64,000 nucleotides of DNA from a candidate division WOR-3 bacterium (GCA_965649295.1 CBFGKH010000008.1:32001-96000), one strand, 5' to 3'. Counted from the stretch's first letter, positions 1-9,296 are shown. Made by a program: numbers and translations. Notes: a model not told the origin generated them from the letters alone.

Positions 1-76
1 CGAGAAGCTCAACCGGTCTGGTGCCCGACCGGGCCGCCGCGAGGCCCGGCCCAAGTCCCGCAAGCGGCCGTGGTGA
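1..76 (+). CDS. 3' end of an upstream gene (partial, basic C-terminal tail)
   Basis: Open frame from window start (EKLNRSGARPGRREARPKSRKRPW) ending TGA at 74-76; identity unknown. Confidence 0.35.
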   Translation, partial: EKLNRSGARPGRREARPKSRKRPW

Positions 77-89
77 GCGATGCGTCTGA

Positions 90-176
90 TTCAACACCAA
101 GACACACCCTGCCTGAACCAGACCAGCCTGCTGCCTGCTCAGCCCCGGTTGGTGTGCTTGGTGCCTTGGTGGTGAA
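90..176. repeat. Imperfect palindromic REP-like element (CACCAAGRCAC arms)
   Basis: TTCAACACCAAGACAC (90-105) vs GTGCCTTGGTGGTGAA (161-176), 14/16 inverted match; related copy at 40892-40985. Confidence 0.7.
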
Positions 177-178
177 CA

Positions 179-550
179 ATGGCCGTCTTTGGCGTCGGCA
201 CTGACTTGGTCAAGGTCGGCCGGATTCGGGCCGCGCTCGAACGCTATCCAACCCGATTCCGCACCCGCATCTTCACCCCGGCCGAGATTCGGTTCTGCGA
301 AAGCCTTGGCAACAAGTGGCCGTCCTATGCCGGCCGGTTTGCCGCCAAAGAGGCTTTCTCCAAGGCGCTCGGCACTGGCCTGCGCGGCGCCATCAACTGG
401 ACCGATGTCGAAATCGTTGACAACGAGCGCACCCGGCCCACAATCCGCGTCACCGGCCGCGCGGCTGAGATTCTCGGCAGCCGCCGCGTCCATCTCAGCA
501 TCTCCCATCTCGACGACTACGCCACCGCTGTCGTCATCATCGAAGAGTAG
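179..550 (+). CDS. acpS: holo-[acyl-carrier-protein] synthase
   Basis: GVGTDLV, RFAAKEAFSKALGTG and HLSISH motifs; 123 aa. Confidence 0.96.
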   Translation: MAVFGVGTDLVKVGRIRAALERYPTRFRTRIFTPAEIRFCESLGNKWPSYAGRFAAKEAFSKALGTGLRGAINWTDVEIVDNERTRPTIRVTGRAAEILGSRRVHLSISHLDDYATAVVIIEE

Positions 551-576
551 TTCCCGGCTAGCGGACTGAGCGGTAA

Positions 577-994
577 CCACAAGGTCCGTCTTTCTCCGAA
601 ACAGCTCTTCTTGCGTCCCTCTTGGTGACTATCCTGTTGGGACGCTCGGTCGCAAAGGCCGCCATAAGCCCGGCCGCGAAGCTGCCGGCAGGCACTCTCG
701 CAAGCATCGGCGATAGCTCAAGTGGAAGCCCCCTCGAAAGCAGACGGAGAGACCCGGGGCATAGGGCCGTTGCAAGCTCAATCAGAATCTCTGCCGAAGG
801 CCCGGTCGGAAAGACAGTCGCAAACGCGTCCCCGAGCGCGGTCGCAAGCCCATCCGCAGACACCTTCAAAGACCACTCCGGAGACCATCCCCGGGACGCC
901 CTAGGGTGGTTGGTGCCATTGGCGATATCTGGTTGACAAATTGCCGCTTAGACCAGCTTTGGCCATCACCGGCCCGTGGCCTAACTCTATACTT
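577..994 (+). repeat. Copy A of 12-nt-periodic intergenic element with conserved 3' end
   Basis: Degenerate 12-mers (TCGCAAGCATCG, TCGCAAACGCGT, TCGCAAGCCCAT...), GACGCCCT at 895, CTAACTCTATACTT at 981-994; left boundary approximate. Confidence 0.8.
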
Positions 995-1179
995 CGCCGT
1001 CACGCCGCCAGCAAAGATTCCCTGCACAAAACCAGCCCGCTGTTTGTATAACAGGTGGGTCGCCGCAGTCGGCCTGCCCATTGACTTCACTTCGCGGCGT
1101 TCTAAGACTACGTTTGCAGGTATGCAATAACAACGATGAAATTGCAGCCGACTACAAACCGTGATTCCGGGGGCCGACG

Positions 1180-1965
1180 ATGATGAAACACCAGACGGTG
1201 TTGGTTGTACAGCACCTTGAGCGCGTTGCAGGGGCAGCGTTGGAAGAATTCCCCGAAGCCCTGCGCGACTTCCTCCGGGGCAAGAATGGAGTCTATGCGC
1301 TATACAACGGTGACCGGCTGTACTACGTCGGACTGGCCCGCAACCTGCGTTCGCGCCTGCGCAGGCATCTTCGGGACCGCCACGCAAAAAAGTGGGACAG
1401 GTTTAGCATCTACCTGACAGCCGGCGATGAACACCTCAAGGAACTGGAGTCGCTGGTGCTGCGCATAGCCGCGCCGAGGGGCAATCGGGTCGTCGGCAAG
1501 TTTCGCGCTTCCGAAGACCTGAGCAGCAAGTTCCGTCATGGCCTAATGGCCAGCCTGAGTCGCAAGGTAGACGAGATCACGGACTGGGCCGAAACAGCCG
1601 CCAATCCTGTGGCGGCGCGAGCCGGACTCAAGGCGGCCGCCACGCGGCGGTCGGGGCAAGAGGTCGATGAGAGCCGCAAGGCCATTCTTGCCTCCTATAC
1701 TAAGAAGCGGTTCCACATCAGGCTCAGCCACAAGGGGCAGCAGTACATCGCGCACGTTCGCAGCAACGGTACCATAGTTTTCAGCCGTGAGAGCGCCGAC
1801 TGGGCCCGGCTACGCAAAAGCGTATACTACTCCCCAAGCTCGGCCGCGCGGGCCGTTGTCGGTCACGCAGTGAACGGCTGGGCCGCGTGGCACTTCTGGA
1901 GTACAAAAGGCGAGCTTGTGCCGTTGGACGCGCTTCGTAAAGGCCATGCAACGCCGAAATTCTAG
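1180..1965 (+). CDS. GIY-YIG nuclease with C-terminal RAMA-like (restriction/adenine-methylase-associated) domain
   Basis: GVYALY...YYVGLARNLRSRLRRH GIY-YIG motif; C-terminal SPSSAARAVVGHAVNGWAAW motif. Confidence 0.75.
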   Translation: MMKHQTVLVVQHLERVAGAALEEFPEALRDFLRGKNGVYALYNGDRLYYVGLARNLRSRLRRHLRDRHAKKWDRFSIYLTAGDEHLKELESLVLRIAAPRGNRVVGKFRASEDLSSKFRHGLMASLSRKVDEITDWAETAANPVAARAGLKAAATRRSGQEVDESRKAILASYTKKRFHIRLSHKGQQYIAHVRSNGTIVFSRESADWARLRKSVYYSPSSAARAVVGHAVNGWAAWHFWSTKGELVPLDALRKGHATPKF

Positions 1966-2186
1966 CAACACGCAGCAATCAGGAGGGGTTGAGGAATGAA
2001 GACTTCTTGGCATGTTGCCACCGCGGCTGCTTCTCGCTGCTCAAGTGCTGGCTAGGGCGTTTTTCTTCTGTCTTGGCGATTATCAGATAACTATCAGTCT
2101 GACAATGCGTTAGACCGGCTGCCCCGCCTTGGGGCCACTGCTAGCGATATTGACAGCCAGCAGGCTGGCTATATTCTTGCGCCGCG

Positions 2187-4604
2187 ATGGCTAAGATAAC
2201 CACGGTCAAATCGAAGGCCAAGAAGGCCGCTGCTGTGGCTGAGACGAGCCCGAACCCGGTCGAGGAGCAGAAGGCCACAAAGCGGCTGCGTGACCTCTTG
2301 ATTGTCGAGTCGCCAACCAAGGCGCATACGATTCAGCGGCTACTGCACAACCGGTTGCGGGTGCTATCGTCCCGCGGCCATATTGCCGACCTGCCCAAGT
2401 CCCGGCTCGGGGTTGATATCGAACACGGCTTTGAGCCGGAGTACATCCGGATTCGGGGCAAGGCACCCATCATCAATGAGCTGAAAACGGCAGCCCGGGC
2501 CGCGCGGACTGTCTTTATCGGCTGTGACCCGGACCGCGAGGGAGAAGCGATAGCGTACTCGGTCGCGTTCGAGGTCAGCAATGGGGCAGCAGGAGAAAAG
2601 GCAGAAGCAAAGAGCCAAGAGCCAAAAGGCAAAGCGCAAGCAGCCGGGCCAGAGATTAGGCGGGTGCTGTTTTACGAGATTACTCCCAAGGGGCTGAAAG
2701 AGGCATTTGCCAACCCCACCGATATTGATATGAGGAAGGTCGAGTCCCACCGAGCCCGACGGGTGCTCGACCGCTTGGTCGGCTATCTTGTCTCGCCGCT
2801 TTTGTGGAAAATTGTCCGGGGCGGATTGTCAGCCGGCCGGGTGCAGACCGTTGCCCTGCGCCTGATTGTTGAGCGCGAGCGGGAGATTGCCGCTTTCCAG
2901 CCGCAGGAATACTGGGTTGTCCGCGCCCTCTTTGCCCGGGCGAGCGGGGAGACGTTTGAGGCCCAACTGGCCAAAATCGGCGGCGCCGACTTCAAGCTCA
3001 CGAGCGAGGCCGAGGTGGCAAAGATTGGCGCTGCCCTTGAGCAGGCCGACTGCCGCGTCAGCGCTGTCCGGGAGCGACAGCGGCCGCGCCGGCCATTGCC
3101 GCCCTTTATCACCGCCACGCTCCAACAGGACGCTGCCCAGCGGCTCGGCTTTGCTGCCCGGCGGACAATGCGGGCAGCCCAGGAGCTATTTGAGGGGATT
3201 GACCTGGGTAAGGAGACCGCCGGTCTTATCACCTATCCGCGCACCGACTCGTTCCGGGTGGCAGACGAGTTTGTCGCGGCGACGCGCGATTTCATCGCCA
3301 AGGACTACGGCCCCAATTACCTGCCAGAGAAGCCACGCCACTACCCTGACCGCAAAGGCACCCAGGGCGCCCACGAGGCAATCCGACCAACCAGTATCGA
3401 GCGCACACCCGCCGCGGTGAAGAAGTATCTGACTCAGGACCAGTTCCGGATTTATGACCTTATCTACCGCCGGTTTCTGGCCAGCCAGATGGCCGATGCC
3501 ATCTATGAACTGACCGAGGTCGAAGTGACTGCTGGCGAGTACCTGTTCCGGGCCGATGCCGTGCGCCGGAGGTTTGCCGGTTGTGAGGAGGTCTATGGCG
3601 ACCCGGACAAGGAAAAGACCCTGCCACCGCTCGTTGCCGGCGAAGCGGTAAAGTTGGCCGAGTTCCGGCCTGAACAGAAGTTTACCCAGCCGCCGCCGCG
3701 CTACAGCGAGGCAACGCTCATCAAGCGGCTCGAAACCAACGGCATCGGCCGGCCCTCAACCTATGCGACGATTATCTCGGTGCTCTTTGACCGGAAGTAT
3801 GTCGAGCGCAAGGAAGGCCGGCTCTACCCAACCGAGCTCGGCATGACGGTCTATGACGTGTTGATACCCCGTTTTGCCAATGTCTTTGAGCTTGGCTTCA
3901 CCCGCGAGATGGAACGCGAGCTCGACGGTATCGAGGAAGGAACCGAGGACTGGCGAACGGTCGTCAACCGGTTCTATCTGCCCTTCAAAGAGGATTTGGA
4001 CAGAGTTACCGAGGGCGCTGCCGATATCCGTCAGGACCTGAGCCGCGAGCTCGACGAGCAGTGCCCGGTCTGTGGCGCTAAACTGGCCGAGCGCTGGGGC
4101 CGGTATGGCAAGTTCATTGCCTGCTCGAAATACCCGGACTGTAAATACATCAAGAAGGAACCGGCTAAGACCCTTGACGAGAAGTGCCCGGAATGTGGCC
4201 GGCCCCTGGTCGAGCGGCAGGGCCGGTTTGGCCCGTTTGTCGCCTGTTCTGGTTACCCGGAATGCAAGTACATCAAGAAGGAGACGAGCTCCCCGCCAGC
4301 CGACAACAAATGCCCGCGCTGTGGCAAGCCGCTCGTACCCAGACGCGGCCGCTTTGGTTCGTTTCTCGGCTGCTCGGGTTATCCGGAGTGCAAGTATCTC
4401 GTGCGGGTCAAGGGTGCTGAACCGAAGCCGCTGGACGAGAAGTGTCCGGTGTGCGGCAAAGGACTGGTCGAGCGGCAGGGCCGGTTCGGCCCGTTTGTCG
4501 CCTGTTCTGGCTACCCAAAGTGCCGCTACATTCGGAAAGAGCGGGCGCGGGGGAAAGCCGCAACCGACCAAGCCAGCGCGGCGGCGAAAGGAGCGCAGGA
4601 ATGA
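2187..4604 (+). CDS. topA: DNA topoisomerase I with four C-terminal zinc ribbons
   Basis: LIVESPTKA, DPDREGEAIA, SAGRVQT, LITYPRTDS, GIGRPSTY; four CPxCG...F.ACS.YP.C repeats. Confidence 0.97.
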   Translation: MAKITTVKSKAKKAAAVAETSPNPVEEQKATKRLRDLLIVESPTKAHTIQRLLHNRLRVLSSRGHIADLPKSRLGVDIEHGFEPEYIRIRGKAPIINELKTAARAARTVFIGCDPDREGEAIAYSVAFEVSNGAAGEKAEAKSQEPKGKAQAAGPEIRRVLFYEITPKGLKEAFANPTDIDMRKVESHRARRVLDRLVGYLVSPLLWKIVRGGLSAGRVQTVALRLIVEREREIAAFQPQEYWVVRALFARASGETFEAQLAKIGGADFKLTSEAEVAKIGAALEQADCRVSAVRERQRPRRPLPPFITATLQQDAAQRLGFAARRTMRAAQELFEGIDLGKETAGLITYPRTDSFRVADEFVAATRDFIAKDYGPNYLPEKPRHYPDRKGTQGAHEAIRPTSIERTPAAVKKYLTQDQFRIYDLIYRRFLASQMADAIYELTEVEVTAGEYLFRADAVRRRFAGCEEVYGDPDKEKTLPPLVAGEAVKLAEFRPEQKFTQPPPRYSEATLIKRLETNGIGRPSTYATIISVLFDRKYVERKEGRLYPTELGMTVYDVLIPRFANVFELGFTREMERELDGIEEGTEDWRTVVNRFYLPFKEDLDRVTEGAADIRQDLSRELDEQCPVCGAKLAERWGRYGKFIACSKYPDCKYIKKEPAKTLDEKCPECGRPLVERQGRFGPFVACSGYPECKYIKKETSSPPADNKCPRCGKPLVPRRGRFGSFLGCSGYPECKYLVRVKGAEPKPLDEKCPVCGKGLVERQGRFGPFVACSGYPKCRYIRKERARGKAATDQASAAAKGAQE

Positions 4605-5029
4605 AGGCAGTAAAGAACGGCTCCTACTGGCTGCTCAAGCTCGAACCCGGCGAGGAGGTCATCACCACCCTCGCCCACTTTCTTCGCCAGAACCGGGTGC
4701 GGTCTGGGCTGGTGACTGGCATCGGCGCTGCCAAGAACATCGTGCTGGGTTGGTTCGACCCGACTAGCCGCAGCTATCGCCAGCGCCGGTTTCGCGGCGA
4801 TTATGAGCTTGCCGCCCTGGTCGGCAACACCGCTTGGGCTGGTTCTGACCCGGTTGCCCATATCCACGCGGTCATTGCCGGGCCGCGGCTGAGCTGCTAC
4901 GCCGGCCACCTCTTTGCCGCCGAGGTCACCGTGACCGCTGAACTTACGCTGGTCAGCGGTACCAAGCGACTTTACCGGGCTCTCGACCCCCGGTCTGGCC
5001 TCAAGCTGCTCGACCTCGGGACCGGCTAG
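4601..5029 (+). CDS. PPC/DUF296 domain protein
   Basis: LKLEPGEE, GIGA, HIHAV, GHL motifs; ATG overlaps topA stop (ATGA). Confidence 0.85.
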   Translation: MKAVKNGSYWLLKLEPGEEVITTLAHFLRQNRVRSGLVTGIGAAKNIVLGWFDPTSRSYRQRRFRGDYELAALVGNTAWAGSDPVAHIHAVIAGPRLSCYAGHLFAAEVTVTAELTLVSGTKRLYRALDPRSGLKLLDLGTG

Positions 5030-5154
5030 TCCGAACCTACTGCCTTTCTCCTTGACTTTTCTTTGTCATGTTGATACACTGCTAACGTCTGCAAAATCTG
5101 TCCTAATGACGGCCCAGCCGGAAGGCCGGCTGCGAAAACCCGCAGGAGGAACTG

Positions 5155-5397
5155 ATGGCTCTGATTGATGATGTCAAAAACATCATTGTAGAACAGCTCC
5201 ATGTGACGCCCGAGAAGGTCACCGACACTGCCCATTTTGTGGACGACCTCGGTGCCGACTCGCTCGACATTGTTGAACTCGTAATGGCCTTTGAAGAGAA
5301 GTTCGGGGTTGAGATTCCCGACGAAGATTCGCAGCAGCTCGTCACCGTCGGCAAGGCGGTCGAGTACCTCGAAAAGAAGCTGGCTGAGAAGAAGTAG
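5155..5397 (+). CDS. acpP: acyl carrier protein
   Basis: [29 protein letters not shown]. Confidence 0.98.
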   Translation: MALIDDVKNIIVEQLHVTPEKVTDTAHFVDDLGADSLDIVELVMAFEEKFGVEIPDEDSQQLVTVGKAVEYLEKKLAEKK

Positions 5398-5415
5398 CTT
5401 CTTTTGCCCAGCCGC

Positions 5416-6675
5416 ATGAGCGCAGCCGCTCCCCACCGGCGCCGGGTCGTGGTTACCGGCCTCGGTGCGGTCACCCCCATCGGTAACGACGTTCCCACCT
5501 TCTGGCAGAATCTTTTGGCCGGCCGCTCCGGCATCAGCCGCCTGAGCGCGTTCGACCCGACCGACCTGGAGGTGCAGATTGGCGCCGAAGTGAAGGGGTT
5601 TGACCCAAGCCAGCGGATTGACCCGAAACTGGCCCGCCGCACCGACCGGTTCACCCAGTATGCGCTGGCCGCAGCGGCTGAGGCCGTGGCCGATGCCCGG
5701 CTCGACTTCAGTAAGGAGAACCGGGACCGGTGTGGGGTAATCGTCGGCTCGGGCATGGGCGGGATTCAGACCTGGGAGGCGCAGCATACCCAGTTTCTGG
5801 AGAAAGGGCCGCGCCGGGTCTCACCGCTCCTGATTCCGATGATGATTCCCGACATGGCCTGCGGCCAGATTGCAATCAGCTATGGCCTGCGCGGCCCCAA
5901 CTACGACACCACCTCGGCCTGTGCCAGCGGTGCCCACGCCACCGGCGTCGCCTTTCGCCATATCGTTGCCGGCGACTGCGATGTCTGCATCGCCGGTGGC
6001 AGCGAGGCGGCGATCAGTCGCTTCACCGTCGCGGCCTTTGCCAACATGGGCGCCCTGTCCAAGCGCAACGACGCCCCCGAACAGGCCTCGCGGCCGTTTG
6101 ACCGCGACCGTGACGGCTTTGTCATCGCCGAAGGTGCCGGCATCTATGTTCTCGAAGAACTCGATCACGCCGAGCAGCGGGGAGCACCAATCTACTGTGA
6201 GCTGGCCGGCTACGGCGCTACCGCCGATGCCCACCACATCACTGCGCCTGACCCCGAGGCTGCCGGCGCCATCAACGTGATGCAGGCCGCCATTGCCGAG
6301 GCCGGGCTTCGACCAGCCGATATTGACTATATCAACGCTCACGGCACCTCAACCCCGCTCAACGACGCCTCTGAGGTACGGGCCATCAACGCCGTCTTTG
6401 GCGAACATGCCGCCCGCCTCGCCGTCAACTCGACCAAGTCAATGATCGGTCACGGCCTCGGCGCTGCCGGCGCGATGGAGTTCGTGGCGATGGTCCTGCA
6501 GGTGAAACACCAACAGGTGCACGCGACCGTCAACCACCAGCACCCGGATGACGGCGTGACCCTCGACTTTGTCAAGGACGGCCCCCGTCCTTGCGCCATC
6601 CGCGCCGCCATCTCCAACTCATTCGGCTTCGGCGGCCACAACGCCTGCCTCTTGGTCCGGAGGTTTGAGGCATGA
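5416..6675 (+). CDS. fabF: beta-ketoacyl-ACP synthase II
   Basis: RRVVVTGLG, TSACASG, NAHGTST, KSMIGH, SNSFGFGGHN; start could be 5404 or 5416. Confidence 0.96.
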   Translation: MSAAAPHRRRVVVTGLGAVTPIGNDVPTFWQNLLAGRSGISRLSAFDPTDLEVQIGAEVKGFDPSQRIDPKLARRTDRFTQYALAAAAEAVADARLDFSKENRDRCGVIVGSGMGGIQTWEAQHTQFLEKGPRRVSPLLIPMMIPDMACGQIAISYGLRGPNYDTTSACASGAHATGVAFRHIVAGDCDVCIAGGSEAAISRFTVAAFANMGALSKRNDAPEQASRPFDRDRDGFVIAEGAGIYVLEELDHAEQRGAPIYCELAGYGATADAHHITAPDPEAAGAINVMQAAIAEAGLRPADIDYINAHGTSTPLNDASEVRAINAVFGEHAARLAVNSTKSMIGHGLGAAGAMEFVAMVLQVKHQQVHATVNHQHPDDGVTLDFVKDGPRPCAIRAAISNSFGFGGHNACLLVRRFEA

Positions 6676-7451
6676 ACTTTGCCGTCTGCCTAAAGCAAGT
6701 GCCGTCCACCGAAACCAAGATTCGGGTCAACACTCAGACCGGCTTTATTGACACAAGCGAAGTTGACTGGGTTATCAACCCCTTTGACGAGTATGCACTG
6801 GAGGTCGCCTTGCGGGCCAAGGAGCAGCACGGCGGCACCCTGACTGTTGTCAGTCTCGGCCCGGAGCGCGTCAAAGTCGCCCTGCGCACCGCCCTGGCCA
6901 TGGGTGCGGACAATGCGGTGCAGCTCACTGACCCGGCCTTTACCGGCATTGACGCGCTGGCCATTGGCCGGCTGCTCGCGGCTGCGATTAGGCGCTCGCC
7001 GTTTGATGTCGTTCTCTGCGGCAAGCAGGCGATTGACGACGACCAGGCCGCAGTGCCGGCAGCGGTCGCCCACTTTCTTGGCATTCCCCATGTCTCGTTT
7101 ATCGTCGAGGCCGGATTCGGCACTCCGGGCGTGGTGGTTGCCCATCGTGAAATCGAAGGCGCCACCGAGATTGTCGAGGCCCAACTTCCCTGTCTTTTGA
7201 CGGTCGGCAAGGCCCGGGTCGAGCCCCGGCTGCCCGGCCTCAAAGGAATGATGGCCGCAAAGAAGAAGGAGATTCCGGTACTCGATGCCGCTGCACTGGG
7301 CATCGGCCCGGAGCTGCTCACGCGCCGGCTTGAGTATATCGAGGACCGCCTGCCGCCCGGCCGCAAGCCCGGCCGCGTCCTCGACGGCGACCCAGCCGAG
7401 ACTGTGCCGGAAGTGGTGCGGCTGCTGCACGAGGAGGCCAAGGTCCTGTGA
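6672..7451 (+). CDS. etfB: electron transfer flavoprotein beta subunit
   Basis: VCLKQVP, INPFDEYALE, GKQAIDDD, EPRLP motifs. Confidence 0.93.
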   Translation: MNFAVCLKQVPSTETKIRVNTQTGFIDTSEVDWVINPFDEYALEVALRAKEQHGGTLTVVSLGPERVKVALRTALAMGADNAVQLTDPAFTGIDALAIGRLLAAAIRRSPFDVVLCGKQAIDDDQAAVPAAVAHFLGIPHVSFIVEAGFGTPGVVVAHREIEGATEIVEAQLPCLLTVGKARVEPRLPGLKGMMAAKKKEIPVLDAAALGIGPELLTRRLEYIEDRLPPGRKPGRVLDGDPAETVPEVVRLLHEEAKVL

Positions 7452-7487
7452 CCGGCAGCCCAGCATTGTCCGGCGAAAGCGACGAAG

Positions 7488-8132
7488 ATGTTTGACCGCA
7501 AACTCTCCCGCGAGCGCCTGCTGATTGGTATCGGCGGCAACACCGGTGCTGGCAAGTCAACTGTCGCCAACGAGCTGCGCCGTTACGGCGCGAAGATAAT
7601 CGAGGCCGACGCGCTCGGCTGGACCCTCTTGGCCAAGGGCACGCCCCAGACCAAGGCCCTGGTCAAGGCTTTTGGCACCGATATTCTGGGCAAGACCGGC
7701 CGGATTGATCGTCGGGCACTGGCCCGCAAAGCCTTTGCTTCACGCTCCAATCTCCTCAAGCTGAACAAGATTACCCACCCGGCCCTGATTGAGAAGATTC
7801 GGCGGGAGATAGACCGCCACAAGAAAGGTCTCGTTGTGGTTGATGCCGCCCTGCTCTTCACCTGGGGTCTCGACAAGGAGATGGATGTCTCCATCCTTGT
7901 CACTGCTCCGGAGCGCACTAAGCTCGCCCGCCTGCGCGAGGCTGGCCTTTCCGAGGAAGAGGCCCGCGCCCGGCTGAAGCTGCAGGAGCCTGATGCCAAG
8001 GTCTGGCGCCGGGCCGACTTTGTGCTCGAAAACTCTGGTTCCTTTGCCGAACTGAAGCGCAAGTCCCGCGCCCTTTGGAACTTCTTCTACAGCGCCAAGT
8101 TCGAGAACTTCAAGCGCGGCGCTAAAGAGTAG
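7488..8132 (+). CDS. coaE: dephospho-CoA kinase
   Basis: IGIGGNTGAGKSTV P-loop, IDRRAL, LNKITHP, ADFVLENSGS. Confidence 0.92.
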   Translation: MFDRKLSRERLLIGIGGNTGAGKSTVANELRRYGAKIIEADALGWTLLAKGTPQTKALVKAFGTDILGKTGRIDRRALARKAFASRSNLLKLNKITHPALIEKIRREIDRHKKGLVVVDAALLFTWGLDKEMDVSILVTAPERTKLARLREAGLSEEEARARLKLQEPDAKVWRRADFVLENSGSFAELKRKSRALWNFFYSAKFENFKRGAKE

Positions 8133-8153
8133 CGCTGCTCGGCCGCTTCGGCC

Positions 8154-9203
8154 ATGAAACTCAATCAAGTACCGCTGCACGAACTGGAGATTGAAGCCGG
8201 GCTCGTCCGCGCCAGTACGCCCTACATTCTCGAATACTCCGAGGTCGCCGCGCTCGTCGCCGACTTCTTTGCCACCTACCGCCAGCTCGTCAACCGCCAG
8301 TCGGTTTCACTCGGACCACGGCAGCGGGAGGCCAATGCCGAAAGCTACGAGCTATTGGCGGCTGACAGCCGGGCCGGTCGAATCCACTTCGTCTATGACG
8401 CCGATGAGACACGGATTGGCATCGAGCTCGCTCCGGCTGAGGCCCAGATGGTCTATCGCCTGCTGCGCGAGCAACTGATTGTCCGGCCCGACCTCGAGCA
8501 AATTCGCCGGGTGATGTCGGCCAACCTGGCCGAAACCGTCGCCGCGATTCTCTGGCAGATTGGCGCCATCAAGGTCAGTCTCGGCGACCTGCGCCCCTAT
8601 TTCCGGGTTGACGAGGGCCGCAACTCCAGCCCAATTTACATTGACGTCAAGGGTCTAGCCAGCTATCCAGCGGTCAACGACTTTGTGCTCGGCTCGGCCG
8701 CGCTGCTGCTGCGCAACCTTGAATTCGACTCCATCTGCGGCATCGAAGCGGGTAGTATTGCCATTGCCGCAGTGCTCGCCAAGAAGCTGGCCAAGCCAAT
8801 GTTCTACGCCCGGCGTCAGCGCCGCTATCCCGAAGCCAGCCTCTTTGAGGGCGCCAAGAGTCATGAGCTGTTCCGGCGGCGCGTGCTGCTGGTTGACGAC
8901 ACCCTGGTGCACGGCTGGACCAAGGCCCGAGTTATCAGTGCCATCCGCGAGCAGGGCGGGGTAGTTGACTCCTGCTTTGTTATCTTTGACCGGCAGCAGC
9001 ACGGCGCCGAGGAGCTGGCCGCCGCCGGTGTTCGCCTCTACTCGCTGACCAATCGGGAAGCTGCTTTTTCGGCCAAGGTGCCGCGCGAAATCAGCCTGCT
9101 GACCGACCAGGAGGCGGCTGAGGTCGCCGCCTACTTTGAGGACCCGGCAGAATGGCACCGTCGCCGCGGCCTGGTCTTCCATCCGCCCGCCCGCCAGCTC
9201 TGA
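8154..9203 (+). CDS. pyrE: orotate phosphoribosyltransferase-like protein with ~120-aa N-terminal extension
   Basis: SPIYID, VLLVDDTLVHG PRPP motif, archaeal-like C-terminus (YFEDPAEW). Confidence 0.7.
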   Translation: MKLNQVPLHELEIEAGLVRASTPYILEYSEVAALVADFFATYRQLVNRQSVSLGPRQREANAESYELLAADSRAGRIHFVYDADETRIGIELAPAEAQMVYRLLREQLIVRPDLEQIRRVMSANLAETVAAILWQIGAIKVSLGDLRPYFRVDEGRNSSPIYIDVKGLASYPAVNDFVLGSAALLLRNLEFDSICGIEAGSIAIAAVLAKKLAKPMFYARRQRRYPEASLFEGAKSHELFRRRVLLVDDTLVHGWTKARVISAIREQGGVVDSCFVIFDRQQHGAEELAAAGVRLYSLTNREAAFSAKVPREISLLTDQEAAEVAAYFEDPAEWHRRRGLVFHPPARQL

Positions 9204-9296
9204 CCGGTTCATCAACTTGACAGCCGGCCAGGTTCTGCCATCATAGTAACGGACGAATGATGGACTCGCCTGCTACGCCGGCTCTTAGTGGAGGGG

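Noticed and set aside
577..936. CRISPR array, or real protein genes (ORFs 622-936, 558-869, 37258-37506, 61620-62210, 61790-62077) in the periodic regions
   Set aside because: There are no identical repeats with unique spacers and no cas genes. The ORFs are open on both strands, lack RBS and consistent starts, and are explained by the 12-nt periodicity; coding is not fully excluded.
3756..7570. Long antisense ORFs (3756-4571, 5026-5787, 6690-7466, 6734-7570 and similar elsewhere)
   Set aside because: Shadow frames of well-supported high-GC genes, with no motifs of their own.
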